The notes under the pieces are model-generated. The model was not told the DNA's origin, ran no database searches, and was given only the letters and a program-made list of their open reading frames with translations. From the NCBI GenBank assembly GCA_026023565.1, contig JAPETS010000034.1:1-64000 (forward strand): 64,000 nucleotides of DNA. Direction: 5' to 3'. This document shows, one piece after another, positions 26,211-40,110 of this stretch. Source of the DNA: Cirrosporium novae-zelandiae (Eukaryota). Numbering within the stretch: position 1 is the first letter of the stretch; each line of letters starts with the position of its first letter. A program made the position numbers and the translations under genes.

Positions 26211-27750
26211 TTAACGGTGGCGTCCCCAGATGCCCCAGGAGCGAGGCTGGGAAGCGTGGCGGCGACGCCAGTGATGGAAGGAATCGGCGTCAACAGGGCT
26301 AGCTGTTGGTTTAGTCTCGCGAGCGTAAATAGTTACAGGAGTCGGGGCAATGGTCTCGGTCTTCGTGGTGGGAATGATGGCAGTCGTGAGACTAGTAGCC
26401 ATGACACTTGGAGTTGGGGCGACATATGTGTAGCGAGTAGTTTTGATAGTTACAGTGCTTTCGCTACTAGACTTCGGAATGAAGAATGGAATTTCCGCAC
26501 CGTGGCTACTGGGCTTAGGAGAGGGGTCTGGCACCGGAATAACTTGGATTGGGGCTTCGGTGGGTTTGGCGTCACGGATGTAGATGGTCACCGGTGTTGG
26601 GGCTGTGGCTGAATCAGGCACAGGAAGCACAATTGTTGTGTACCTGGTAGAGCTTGAGGGAGTAACGGTCAGAGTAGATGTAGAAGTCGCAATAGGAACA
26701 CCTTGAGTGGTAGCGGTAGTCTGGGCCTCGCTACCCGTTGTGGCATTGGGATAAAAGGCGGCACTGCTAGCGGCAATAGCATTAGTACTAGCAGTAGCAC
26801 TCGCGCCTCCACCAGCAAAAGGAGTTAGTTCACTAGGGATAGCGGCATTGTCAAGTCCTTGACCCTGGACATAGTTCATCTGTTGAGCGATCTTGGAGTT
26901 GTTAGAACTATCAGAAGCAGTCATGTCAATGTCCATGCAAGTGGTGTATGTCTCCTGCTTTCCCTCGGGAAGAGCAGGGTCAACATTAGGAGCGGTTGGC
27001 CAATCCCAAACCCAGTAAAGAGTATAAGTCTTGCCTGATGAAGTAGTGGTAGGGAGTTGAAGATCGACTTGGCACCACAGATCAGCACCCATGAGAGCGT
27101 TGGCTGTATGAGGGAATTCTTTTTGGCGAGTTGTTGAAATTGTGCCACTATTAATTTGATAGCAGCGGCCATCATCGAAGTTTTGCTTGGTGAGTAGAAC
27201 ACCGCGTTTGTCTCCACCAGAACCATCAGCAGTCCACCGGCCGTGAACGTCAAGAAACTTCTCGTCACTTTTGGGTTCGGTTGTCCCGTAGACGTAGACT
27301 GTGCCACGATTGGCCGGCTTACCAGGTTGGTTTTGTGGTAGAGTGACATGACCATTTTCCTGGTGGCGGAGCGCAATGTAGTCTCCAGCGGTTGCTTGAA
27401 GACGGGGACTTCCATCAGTTTGATTCTGAGTTTGTTGTGTGCTTTTGCACATGAAGTCCGAAGAAGAGATATTGCCCCCGTTGGGTGGAAGGAGATAGAC
27501 CATGGTGGGATCGGAGAAGCCTGGGGAATCACGTTGAACTGTTTCAAGTTAGCTAAAGTTCTTTGTTGGGGATACTTTTGGGGGGAGGGGATAACTTACC
27601 ATTACCACGAGCGTAGCCTGGAGCTCCGACAAAGGTTCCGTTTGAAGCTATCACTGTCATCTGCTCAACCCAGCTGTGGGCTGAGGTTGTAGCTAGAAGA
27701 CTTGACAGCGTGAGCAACACAGCTGCTATTGAAATGAATGAATGGGCCAT
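26211..27750 (-). CDS. Secreted protein with LPMO-like domain (His predicted as mature residue 1) and Ser/Thr/Pro-rich tail; exons 27750-27600, 27538-26211 (~492 aa)
   Basis: Signal peptide ..LLATTSA|HSWVEQ; intron 27599-27539 (GTAAGT..GCTAAC..CAG) joins the two ORFs in frame; motifs QENGHV, FDDGRCYQ, YTLYWVWDWP, QETYTTCMDI. Confidence 0.85.
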
Positions 27751-30700
27751 GTTGAGATCTTGGATGTATTGTCTGTCCTGCAGATGTTTTGAAAGTTCAA
27801 GAATTCTTTATAATGATGCACTCGACTAGCGAGAGCTTGTTGTAGTTGGCTTTCGAAGTTTGTTGCTGGATTTTGATCCTTAAGGACTGACTAGAATGAA
27901 AAAGAATGTGTGTTTTAGAAGTGAGAAGATGCGCAAAGAAATACCTAGCTCTGCTAAGGTCAACTTTGAAAATGTTTTATTTGTAAATGTGTCTGAGAGA
28001 TTGAATTTCGTAGTTGGTATCAAAGTGAAATGGTTGGACCTGAATATTGACCTACTTGACCAGAACTTAGGTCTTTATTTAATGCCATGACACGAACAAT
28101 AGCACAAAGAGAGAGTGATTGAAGAAAGAAGAACAATGGAATCCATGTCAATAATAAGGAAATAATGATTTTCAACTTACGCCTACGCCACGCAAACAAT
28201 AAGATCCAGACAGATAAAGTTGCAGAAATCTTGAAGGCTAAAGAGTTCTTTGATGTATGGGAGGTTATTCGAGGAGACAGAATCATCATCTACCAATCAG
28301 AATATGATGAGTCTACAACATCAAACAGAACGTTTGTTGCAGTTTTCTCCATTGTTGGTCCAGAGCCATTACCAACGCCCAACATTATCCCATTGTGCAT
28401 AGGCGCCACAGGCATTTGGATAGGTCACGTTTCAATAACGGAGAATTTACCAGACCCGATCCTATGGCATCAAGGCGCGCCAAATACCCTAGATGAGGAA
28501 GAGAATGTAAAGACAAAGATGACTGTCAATTCAGCCTTGACATTGGCTACAAACCTATTGATGACCCAACACTCACTCACTTACTCGCTCACTCTTTCTT
28601 TCTCTCACCATCCCTCGGCATATTGACCCTCGACGCGTTGTAGTTCACGCGGTTTAGGTATAAAGCAGTAAATGACCAGAGTCGCAAAATGGTGAAATCT
28701 TTGATAAAATTAAAGGGATTTCTGACTTCCCCAGGTGTTTTGATATCCAGTTCCAGATGATCCTGGTACTTTCTACAACGACTGGTTACGAAGGTGGAAG
28801 ATATTTGGTAGTCGAAACAAGCGCTGTGCTGAAAATTTCAAGTCGCTTATCGTCTCATGTTTCTGTGCACTCGGGCCTGGAACGCTACCGATTCGTTGAG
28901 GGACTCTTATCGCTGAGAAAGACCTCTTTATCAAACTTTGCATTCCAAGTTATCAATTATATTTATTGAGTATGCACGGTACGAATGCAATTTGCTTAAG
29001 ACTCGAAACTTGACTTTAACAAACTTCAATAGAACAAGGTAAAATCCTCAAGATATTCCATCGTGAGGATTCTGTCTGGTTATGTCAGTATCATTTTGTC
29101 ATTTCGTCACTCATGCAACTTCCCGAGACTCAGCGCCTCCAAGGGTAATGAAAGATGTACATGTACAGGACAAGGAGAACAATCCAGGGATCCCAGATAC
29201 ATCCTTTCACTCTCTCGTTCTCGTTCTACTAACCAACTATACCCATTATTAAAATAAAGGGACAGCTGCTAAAAAGTATACAGAGTCAGAATGCTATCTA
29301 TCGAAGAGAAAACTTAAAAGAGAAAAAAAAAACCCAACAATGTGCAACCTCGAATAGAAATGACGATTAACTTATGGTGTGAGCAACCGAGACATCCAGA
29401 TCTTGATACCCTCTGATGCTTCTTGTTTAATTCCTTGACCATCAATTTGAGGATTACAACATCTTCCCTCACCTAAAGGCTCCTGCGAAATGATCATTTA
29501 AGGCCAATAGGCTGGAAGTGATAGAACTATAATAAATGAATTGGACTGTGCACGGTGCCTTTATGGGTCTATTCAACGGTGATCACTGATTGCCTAGATA
29601 CACCACAGCACAGTCCGCGTGTGGTTATTTCAACCGGCTTTCTACATTTTAGCACCTGTGTTTCGTCTGCATTCTTGATTAGCTGTCAGTTGAATTTCAC
29701 CACATTCTCTTTCTATACCACTTTCTTCCTATGGTCTAGAGAATCTAACGCCGTTGTTAGCTTACGACCTTTTACTCGGGTAGGAGTATGACTACCTAGG
29801 TACATATCATTACACTCGCATAGCTATCGGTACACGCAAGCCTATCGCGAAGGATACCAAAATTTGGTTATCAAATCAAGTAGCTGTAAATGGTCTGAGC
29901 GGCTGTGGGGACAATAGTGAAAGAATCTATCAGACGGCGCCAAGGACGATGTGGATTCATCAGTAGCTACACTTAAATCCTGAGAGAGGTAGACATTGGT
30001 TTCCAAAACAATGAATTGCGAATGTTGAACTTTTAAAACTACTGTGTACTTACCGTTATGTGATTAATAGTATGGAGCTTTCAGTGACTGCATTACGAAT
30101 TTTTTTTTTAAAAATGACGGGAAGTCAGGCCACCAAAGGAGAAGAATATTTCCCCAAGAACTCATTGGTTGGTATGAGTGCCACTTCACTATACTGGAGG
30201 CTTGAAGATCCTTCTGTAGGGCTACTATCTACGCTACATAGGAGGCTGAGGGAATGGAAATGGCGTGGTTAATTGTTGGCGTGAATAAAGTTATGGGTAA
30301 TGAAGTTACATTTACTTCTCCTTTGGGATAGTACAGACGAAAAAACGTCGAAACACACGAGAATGCTGAAACATACTTATAATTACCTAGGTACTTGTAA
30401 GTTATGACCTGCTTGCATCATAGTATTATATTATGATTATATCCGCAGACTTTATTCGAGTGAACAAAATTATAATTATTGGGAGGTGAAACATGTTTAA
30501 CAAAGAGTAAATAAAATATGACGGGAAAAAGTAGAATAATTCCTAATTCGTCACATCATGTGTCCTCATGGCAAGGGAGGAGACAAGCAATAAATCAGGT
30601 TGAAATGCTTGGATGTTTAGATTTAAGAGAGAAGATATAACAAATGACAAAGGTGGGAAAGAACAATATTAAGAGGTACAAAGATACGAAACAATGACGG

Positions 30701-31820
30701 TGGGGAAAGTAGAAAGTACTTGTCGGCAGAAAAAGTGGGCTTAGTATTCTGCCAACTTACCGACCCGAACATATTGCCGGTTAGGAAAGACGGTGAAACT
30801 ATGTTGAATATGATTGGTCCATTGATCGATTGTTCCTGCGCCTTAGTTTGGTGGCTCACCAACTCTCTTTTTTTTTTGGTTGGCAGGTAGGAGGGAGGCC
30901 ATCCTGCTCAGGTAAAGCACCAGCGGACACCCAGGGGGGGCAAAATATTCTTGATGGACCTACTCTTATCCCTCTTTCGCCCGTGTGTTGAGTAGACGAC
31001 TGTTGGCACCGCTGCTTAATTTGCTTTTCTCCCTCTCCATAGACTGGTTTTTACCCTAACCACCCAGCCTACTGTGGTACAAACCCGCAGCGTCCCATCT
31101 CTTCTCAAGTCTCATCAATCATCGTCTAGCAGGATGACCCGCACATATTTCTAACCATTACTGAATAATATCAAAGCACCTACGCTCTCGACTACTCGAC
31201 TACTCGTCTCTCCTCTCCTCTCTTATCAGCCCATCGCTCTGAGTGGTGAACGCTCGCTATCAGAATCTTGGTTTTCGGCTTACTGGATGGACTACTGGTG
31301 ACCTTTTGTGGAGGTAGCAACATACTGTTCCTAAACCAGCTCAGCACCGTTTCCCAAACTAAGTACAGTCCGTGATCTCAAAACCACAACCAACCTTGCC
31401 CTTCATCGGCGATCAGCTGAGGTTGGATAACACACTTAGGTATGCCATGCCGTCAGTGTTGGTTGCCGCGTTAGTCATGGACAACATCTTTAAGATCTGT
31501 CTAGGTCAATTGAAAATCGAAGCTATTTTTGCTGACTTCTTTTGTGCCTCTCAGACCCTCCTTAAGCTCTTCTGTTCCCAGCAACTTGCCAGCTCAACCC
31601 CCAACTCCTCTCCGCCGTAAACTCTCCACTCAACAATTCCTTGCGTTCGATGTTATGGACCATTCCTAGGATACGCCACTCTTACACACTTAATCTGACC
31701 TGCGCCTTTGTTACAAATCCGCAACTGTTTAAGAACGCCCCACTGAGATCGAGCTGCAAGAAGTTCAATCGGACAGCCTCGAGATAAATCGAAATATTTG
31801 ATCGTCATCAACTGTACAAG

Positions 31821-34800
31821 ATGCGGGGCTCTAATCTACTTCCTGCCCGTTTTCGCGACCCTGATGCGAGGAATTCGTCTGTGTGCAGCTGGCTTAAACG
31901 CCGGGTAACACCTTTCCTGGTATCGCTATCCTCCAGCGCATGCTCCCATCCGATTCATACCATCGTCTTTGTGGCCCTCCTTGCCAGCACTTCATACATC
32001 GGTTTACTCGAAACAAGCTTATTTGAGAACAGCTTGGCTCTATCAACTTCAAGCCAAGCAAACTTGACATACGTATCAGACGGAGGAAAGCCGTTGTATG
32101 TGGGGGAGAAGACATCATGGAATTGGGAGCACTTATCAAGGCAACACAAGACTGATGTGAAGGTATGCATGCTCATATGCTGTTGTATAGAGATCAGTTA
32201 CGAGAGGCTGACTATAGAAAACTTTTAGTTTGATCAGGATATCGCTCTCGTTACCTTGGTTTTCCCAGACTCCTCATCTGTTAACACTCATACCGGACCA
32301 CTGGCTGAGGCTCTGTCAACTCCGAGCAATTCGTCCATTAAGACATTACCTTCAACTTCTAATTTTCTCGCTCCTATCCTTCAAGACACAACTTTTGTTT
32401 TCTCTGTTCCCCATGAAGAATTATTTGATTTCCTAACTTCAGTTGAGGAGATCCCAACAGACCTAAATACCGATTCAATTCACACAACCAAGGGCACCGG
32501 GCGTGAACTTAAATGGATTATGAAAGATTCAAAGAATAACGGAAATGGCCCTCGGGGTGCTATCCTAGCTTTCGTCACCAATGCATGGACAGAATTTATC
32601 GACCTTATTAAGAATGCCGAAACACTGGACATAGCGATAATGGCCATCGCATACCTCTCAATGCATTTAACATTCGTTTCCCTATTCCTCGCGATGAGGC
32701 GCTTTGGGTCCAATGTTTGGCTCGCTACATCAGTCTTGTTCAGTTCAGTCTTTGCCTTCTTATTTGGACTTGTTGTGACGGCCAAGCTTGGGGTAACTAT
32801 AACCGTAATTCAGCTTTCCGAAGGCTTGCCATTTTTGGTTGTGACAGTTGGGTTCGAAAAAGGCATTATCCTCACCAAAGCTGTTCTTACTGCCGCATTA
32901 AACAATCGACGCCAAGCCCCCCAACCTCAATCCCCCTCCAGGAGATCAACTTTCACGATTCACAACGCTGTTCAGACCGCTGTGGAAGATAAAGGATTCG
33001 AAATTGTTCGAGATTATTTTATTGAGATTGTCGTTCTTGTTGCAGGAGCAGCTTCTGGCATCCAGGGTGGCCTTCGGCAATTTTGTTTCCTTGCTGCTTG
33101 GATTCTCTTTTTCGATTGCTTGCTATTGTTTACCTTCTACACGGCAATCATGAGCATTAAACTCGAAATCAACCGCATCAAACGCCATGTTACCTTGAGA
33201 AAGGCACTTGAAGAAGATGGTGTCCGTCGCAGTGTTGCTGAAAATGTCGCTGCAAGCACCGAATGGCCAAAATATGATCCGGAAGACGAAAGTAACAAGT
33301 CATCCACAAATGGCACTACTATTTTTGGACGGAAGGTTAGAGACTCCAGCGTTCCAAATTTCAAGATACTCATGGTCTCTGGCTTTGTACTGGTCAACGT
33401 CCTCAATCTTTGTACGATCCCTTTCCGACATCATGGTAAAGCTGTAGTGATGTCAACCCTTTCGAGCCTCTCAAATGCCCTTTCCCCTTCCACGATTGAT
33501 CCATTCAAAGTCGCAGAGAATGGCCTAAGTGCCATTATTGCATCCGCAAAGGCGAATAAACTAGAGACATTGGTTACTGTTCTACCCCCGATTAAATACG
33601 AATTACACTATGCTCTTCCTTATACCGGAAACGCGGATGTATTCGATTCAGATTATGCAGAGCCATTCTTTGATGCGGTTGGGGGTAGGATGTTTGAGAG
33701 CATTCTCCGTAGCTTTGAGGACCCTGTTTTGAGTAAGTGGATTGTTGTCGCTTTGACAATGAGTTTGGTTCTCAATGGTTACCTTTTCAATGCGGCAAGA
33801 TGGACCATTAAAGATACCCCCCAGACGGATTCGCTACGTGTAAATGGCGTTATCAGCCATGACAAGCCCCCTGCTGCTCATATCGAAGCGCCTGTAGAGC
33901 TAGCCGCGGAAACCAAGGGCGTGGAGAAAACCACAGCCACTTCAGTGCCATTGGAGTGTGCCTTGTCGAAGGATGGCCAACCACCAAGAACGCAGGTAGA
34001 GTGCGAGCAGTTGTTAACCGAGAAGAAAGCTGCATATATGACAGATGAGGAACTCATAAACCTATCTTTGCGCGGAAAGATCCCAGGTTATGCTTTAGAG
34101 AAGACTCTTCAAAATCCTACGGTTATGACCCCCCTTGCGGCCCTTACTCGCGCTGTCAAAGTTCGCAGAGCTGTTGTGTCGAGGACGGCTGCAACATCAG
34201 AGCATACCTTCTCCCTTGAACATTCAAAAGTCCCATTCACCAACTTCAATTACCAAAATGTACATGGGCAGTGCTGTGAAAACGTTATTGGATACCTGCC
34301 GCTACCTTTAGGCGTTGCTGGTCCCCTAGTTGTCGACGGCAAGAACTATTTCCTGCCAATGGCAACTACAGAAGGTGTTCTAGTTGCAAGTACAAGTAGA
34401 GGTGCCAAAGCCATTAATGCTGGTGGCGGTGCTATTACTGTTCTAACAGCGGATGGAATGACCCGTGGACCATGTGTCAGCTTTGATACCTTGGAGCGAG
34501 CTGGCGCTGCAAAGTTATGGCTTGACTCGGAGGAAGGCCAGCAAACGATGAAAAATGCATTCAACTCCACTAGTCGATTTGCTCGCCTACAATCCATGAA
34601 AACTGCTATGGCGGGCACCAATCTCTATATCCGGTTTAAAACTACTACTGGTGATGCGATGGGAATGAACATGATCTCAAAAGGCGTTGAGTGCGCATTG
34701 AATGTCATGAGTCAGGAGGCTGGATTTGAAGATATGAATATTGTATCATTATCTGGAAATTACTGCACAGACAAGAAAGCCGCTGCCATCAACTGGATCG

Positions 34801-35459
34801 AGGGAAGAGGCAAGTCTGTAGTCGCAGAAGCAATCATTCCCGCCGATGTTGTTAAAAAGATTCTGAAGACTGATGTCGACACCATGGTGGAGCTCAACAC
34901 CTCCAAGAACTTGATTGGCAGTGCCATGGCAGGAAGCATTGGAGGGTTTAATGCACATGCTGCGAACATTGTTACTGCTATTTTCCTAGCAACTGGCCAA
35001 GACCCAGCACAAAACGTGGAGAGCAGTAACTGCATTACTATCATGAAGAAGTAAGTAAAATCAATTATGCTTTACGTGAGAAATAGCGCGCTAACAGCAG
35101 GCAGTTTCAATGGCAACCTTCAGATTTCTGTTTCGATGCCCTCGATTGAATGTGGCACCATTGGAGGAGGTACCATTCTCGAGCCGCAAATGGCTATGCT
35201 CGAACTTCTAGGGGTTAAAGGACCTCATCCTACGAGTCCAGGTGAAAATGCTCGACAGCTTGCCCGCATTATTGCAGCAGGAGTTCTGGCAGGTGAATTA
35301 AGTTTATGTGGTGCCTTGGCAGCAGGACATCTTGTCCGAGCACACATGGCTCATAACCGAAGCCAGGCACCAACCAGGTCAACAACACCTGTGTCGGCAG
35401 CTATAGCATCGAACCGGGGAGTGATGTCGCTGCCAATTAACATGACTCCTAGAAGCTAG
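31821..35459 (+). CDS. HMG1: HMG-CoA reductase; exons 31821-32162, 32229-35050, 35105-35459
   Basis: HPIH N-terminal motif, sterol-sensing domain ([15 protein letters not shown]), catalytic [38 protein letters not shown]; canonical introns 32163-32228 and 35051-35104. Confidence 0.97.
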
Positions 35460-37112
35460 ACAAAAGAGACGTTTTAGTATCTAATGTGATTTTTTTTCCT
35501 TCTTCAATTGGCGTACATATTAGAAAAAGAAATTATGGGAAGATGCATTGGATTTTTGTATAGATGGGTATCCTCGCAGGAGCACCCGTTGACAGGGGAA
35601 GGTGGTTCGAGCGTATATTCTGTGGGGACGAGCAAAGCTTGACGAATGGATAGGACGGGTGGACGGGTATTTTGCTGGTGAGCGGGAGATGTTTAGTAGT
35701 GAAGAGGCTCTTTTAAGAACGGGTTGTACAGAACAGCTCTGGAGATAGGGATCTAATAATACTAATGGCTAAGCAATTTACCAGTTGCTCAATCCCTGCT
35801 ACCTGTTGTCAGAGCGTTGAAAGGCGGACGTGGACAGCTTGCACAGCCTTCCCGGAATCCTGAGATTACAATACGGAATTTACACCATTCCGATAGATAA
35901 CTAACTGGATGAGCAGGAATAAAATAATTAATTACCTAGTCTACATTATGTATGCATCTCTACCGGCCAAGCCAAGATGAAGAAAAGGGAGAGAGGGAGA
36001 GAAATCCAAGGACCTGGGATGGTATGATAGACAGGCACAACAGGAGAACCGACTTTTACTTTGGACTTGCTCCTCCCGGGCGAAGGAAGGACCCAGTTAT
36101 AAGTTAACTTATGGGCATCAAAAAGAGCCAACAGAAAAGAAGAAGAGATTTTCTAATTTTTGGAGAAGGAGTGAGCTTCTAGAAACATGGCGATTGCGAA
36201 TGCCGATGGAGTACCTTTCGGTAGGAGCCCCTGACCATTTAACTGGGTGGACCTTGTGGACTTGGTGGACCTAAAGGGGAATCAAAGGGAGCCTAAGGGA
36301 GTCTAAGGGAGGATCAGGTCTTCAGGCGGCTAGAGCTTTTATGATTCAGCAAATTGAAGGTAATCTAATCTATGATTGGGTCATGTTACCCGGCTTGATG
36401 TCGACCCACGGTACCCCGGTATCCTAGATACCCGTGCTAGAGTAGTTATGAGGCTTCATAAGTTTTCATCACGTCTGACTTGGTCTGACTTGGTCTGACT
36501 TGGTCTCCCTTGGAAGCAGTCTATTCCTCATTCGTCTTATCCCTTTCGCCGCTTTCTCGCGCCTTTCTTCCTGACTCTCCTTCCCTGTTCTCTCCATGCC
36601 TTCTTACCATATCCGTTCCAATTCAACTTCCCCATTTCGTTCCTAAACGACGGCAAGACTGGTCCAACCTTTGCCCAACCTTACAAAAAGGCTGCAGTCC
36701 GCCAAAAGGGGATTTCTCCCGGCTTGTGGGCAAGTCAGACCTCACCGCCGTCGCGCTTGTTGCGTTTCTCTTTCTCTTTCAATCTGCATACTACATACTG
36801 CCTATTGCCTAACTGTCTACTGTCTAATCTTTGACAATTGTATCCTTCACATCGTTTTCTAATAATGCAATAATTATGCCCATCTTTACGAATATCATCA
36901 ACTTAATAAATATTCTTTGAGGCCCCTGCATTGTTACTGACTCGCTTATGAAAGAGCCAAAACGTTTCAACTCTCCCTCTGAGACGTACGTCTATATTCC
37001 AGCGGTAGTCCATTCCCACCCGACGTTCCTTTGCTGGAATTATCCTCCCAGCCCATAACTTTCCCTCCATATCGCAATTTTTACAACCTTCCCCCACCTG
37101 AGGTGAGGGATC

Positions 37113-40110
37113 ATGAACGGTCGATCTGGTACACTATCTCCTGTGTCAGTAGCCGGCAGTGAGTGGTCTGGTATTTCGAAATACGAATCAATGCCTGGAA
37201 CACCAGGAGGAATGGGCACTTTTCCACAATTCAACCCAGGTCCTGGCCCACATCGCGGCCTCGATACCCCTCCCATGTCTGCAAATGGCAGCAATGGTCC
37301 ACCCCCTCTGAATCGTCAGCCTACAGGCGGTAGTGGACCACCATCCAGACCTCCATCTGCGCGTCCATCACCTCCAAGTTCAGTCGCCAGATCAAGTACC
37401 GCAACTATACCAGATGAGCGCAAACTTGCGATGATGGAGCAGGGCTTGAGACAACATTATGGGATTTTGCAGCGATACCTTGCGCCATCGTTAAATCACG
37501 AAAGAGAAAACCCACGAGTGAAGAAAGCCAAAGACAAACTTCTCCGACTTTCAGCTGTCCAATTTCATGAACTTAGTACTGACGTCTACGATGAGCTGAT
37601 TCGGAGACAGGCTGCAAGTCGAGAAAGCAAAGGCAGCCATACGCCAGCCCAACCCAGTGTACCTCCAGCTCTACCACCAAGAGACGATTTCCATCCGAAA
37701 CGAAACCATGCGCGCCAAAAACTTTCTACTCTTCCTCCTCCCCGATTCCGAGATCTTGCAACGGATGTTTTCTATGAGCTTGAGCGGAGGTTCCCCAAGT
37801 TCTCCACTGATGCGGCTAGAGGCCCTCCAGGTCGCCCCCCAAATGGGAGAATGTCACATGGGAGTGCTCGGGGCGTGCCTCCTCCTGGTCCTGGTGGTCG
37901 TCCTCCCGGTCCTCCCGGTCCTGGCCGTGGAGGTTACGGCCCCCCTGGTCCAGGACATCGGTATCCTCCAAGGAACGGTTCCCTTAGTTCCAACCACCCA
38001 AGTATCCCTCCTAGTCCGGGCCCGGGGAGCATGTCAGGTCAAGGCCCTCCCGGTCCTGGCCTTGGTATCAACGGTGTCAACAACCTCAACAATCCCAATG
38101 GTGCCAATGGTGCCCTAGCAGGGTCTGAAAATAGAGTGAGCGGGACAGTCGCAAATTCATCCCAAGGTAATACCATCGTTCCCAACAAAAGCACGATGCT
38201 CGAAGAAGACGATTCCGACGAAGGGGCAATGGATGAGGAATATGACAGTGAGTTTCTTGATGGTAGTGTGGCATCAAATCGAAACAGTAGACGGGATACC
38301 TCCACTACCAACAAAAGCTACGGATTAACATCGGATCGGGACAGGAAATTGATCGTGGAATATCAAAGCCAAGTTGGTATATTACAAGAAAAGGTGGATA
38401 ACCTAGAAAGTCAACTCCGAACGAAGGACAGTGAACTGAATAGGCTCCATGATTCTGAGCAGCAACAGGTTAGTTCTGTTGCTTCGATTGCGAATTCCAG
38501 CTATGCTAATTTTCCTCTAGACAACCAATGCCGAAAGACAAGAATGGGACAGTCTCCGTACGGATCTAGAAACAAAACTACAAGATGCTGTTAATCTCAA
38601 CAATTCCCTCCAAGAAGAGCTAGATAAAGTACGTCATGATCAATCAAACACGGAGCAGGATCTTCGATCACAACTGGATGAAGCACAACGCCGTGGAGGT
38701 GGTGGGGGTGAATGGCAGACACGCTATGAAAGCCTTGAACGGGATCATCATGAATTGCAAATGGAGCTTCAGAAACAGCAACAAGTCACGGAGGAAGTGA
38801 GACAAGAGGCATCCATGTTCTTGGAGGAAATGAAAGCACTTACTAGCAATACTGGTCAAGACTTTGAAAAGGAGGAACATTTGACAAAGGAAGTCCAGAG
38901 ACTAGAAGACGAAGTCAAGGAATGGAAAGGCCGCTATACCAAGACTAGGACTCAGCTTCGAAGCTTACGTGCAACGTCTATCGGTCTATCTATTTCTCAG
39001 CCTGACATTGCCATATTTACAAAGACCAATGCCTTTAGTCAACCCGACGGTATTATCAAGGATGTACATGTTACCAAGTTCCAAATATCCATTGATGAAT
39101 TACTCAAGATATCCCGCACTGGAGAGCCAGCAGCTGTCTTGGATTTTATGAAGACTGTTGTTGTTGCTGTCAAGCATATTACTCAGGACATAGATGGAGC
39201 ACCCACAAATGGAGATGAATTGTCGCAGCAGCGTAACAAACAGAAGAGCAAAATTTCAGCTACAGCAAACAATCTCATCACTGCTGCAAAGAACTTTGCT
39301 AGTTCCAACGGCATTTCACCGGTTTCCTTGGTCGATGCTGCGGCTTCCCATTTAACCGCCGCTGTGGTAGAGTTGATTCGAACTGTCAAGATCAAGCCTA
39401 CTCCCTCTGGTGAGCTTGAAGATGATGACGATGACAGTATTCCAACACGAGAATCGCAAGGGTTCTTTGAGACGAGGAATCGCCAAAGCAGTCGGACGAG
39501 TTTAGGTGAATCGGTCTATAGCTTCGCGAGCTCCCCCAACAAGGGAGGTTTTGCAGCGCGACCGATGTCTCGAAGTGCTCAGTTGACCAATGGAAATGGA
39601 CTTGCTGGGCAGAAGATGGGCTATGGCCTTCGTCCACATGATAGTGAGCTGGAGGATCTCAAAGTTGGTTGCTCTATGCAACAGGTTGAACAACTGCTAA
39701 CTAGTCTATAGATCTATCTTGAGGACCAAACGGACGGCTTAATCCAATCAATCCAAGCCCTTGTGGGCAGTGTTCGGGGAGAGGAAGACGCCTACACAAT
39801 CCAAGCTCATATCGAAGAGATATCTTCGGTTGTAGGCAATGTGGTCTCTTACACCCAACATGCGCTTGATAAGGTCGATGTGCCTGGGGCATCCGAACGG
39901 GCGGGGCCCGTTACTGACAAACTTGCAAATTGTCAATCAAGGCTCCTAGATGCTAGTGAACAAGTATCTAGCATTCAAGATATGGCCAAGCTGCGGGAGT
40001 TCACCAACAAGTTACCTCCTCTAGCCTTTGAAATTGCACGAGAGACGAAAGAGTTGGTACAGAGGATCGAACATTTGGACGAGCCACGAGATGAAGATGA
40101 CTTCCGATGA
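37113..40110 (+). CDS. SPA2: Polarisome scaffold Spa2; exons 37113-38468, 38521-39663, 39712-40110
   Basis: Two Spa2-homology repeats (KAKDKLLRLSAVQFHELSTDVYDELIRR; ARQKLSTLPPPRFRDLATDVFYELERR), coiled coil, GIT-like C-terminus (LPPLAFEIARETKELV); introns 38469-38520 and 39664-39711 join the frames. Confidence 0.9.

Noticed and set aside
28165..28626. 153-aa plus-strand ORF
   Set aside because: No recognisable motif; it lies over the probable promoter/leader of the minus-strand secreted-protein gene and ends in a simple repeat.
31821..35459. HMG-CoA reductase as the self-resistance gene of a statin or terpene cluster
   Set aside because: Full-length membrane-bound housekeeping form with no PKS, terpene synthase or tailoring genes nearby.
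36474..36507. Short tandem repeat (tctgacttgg)x3; similar ones at ~45630-45685 and ~55628-55660
   Set aside because: Ordinary slippage repeats with no further structure.
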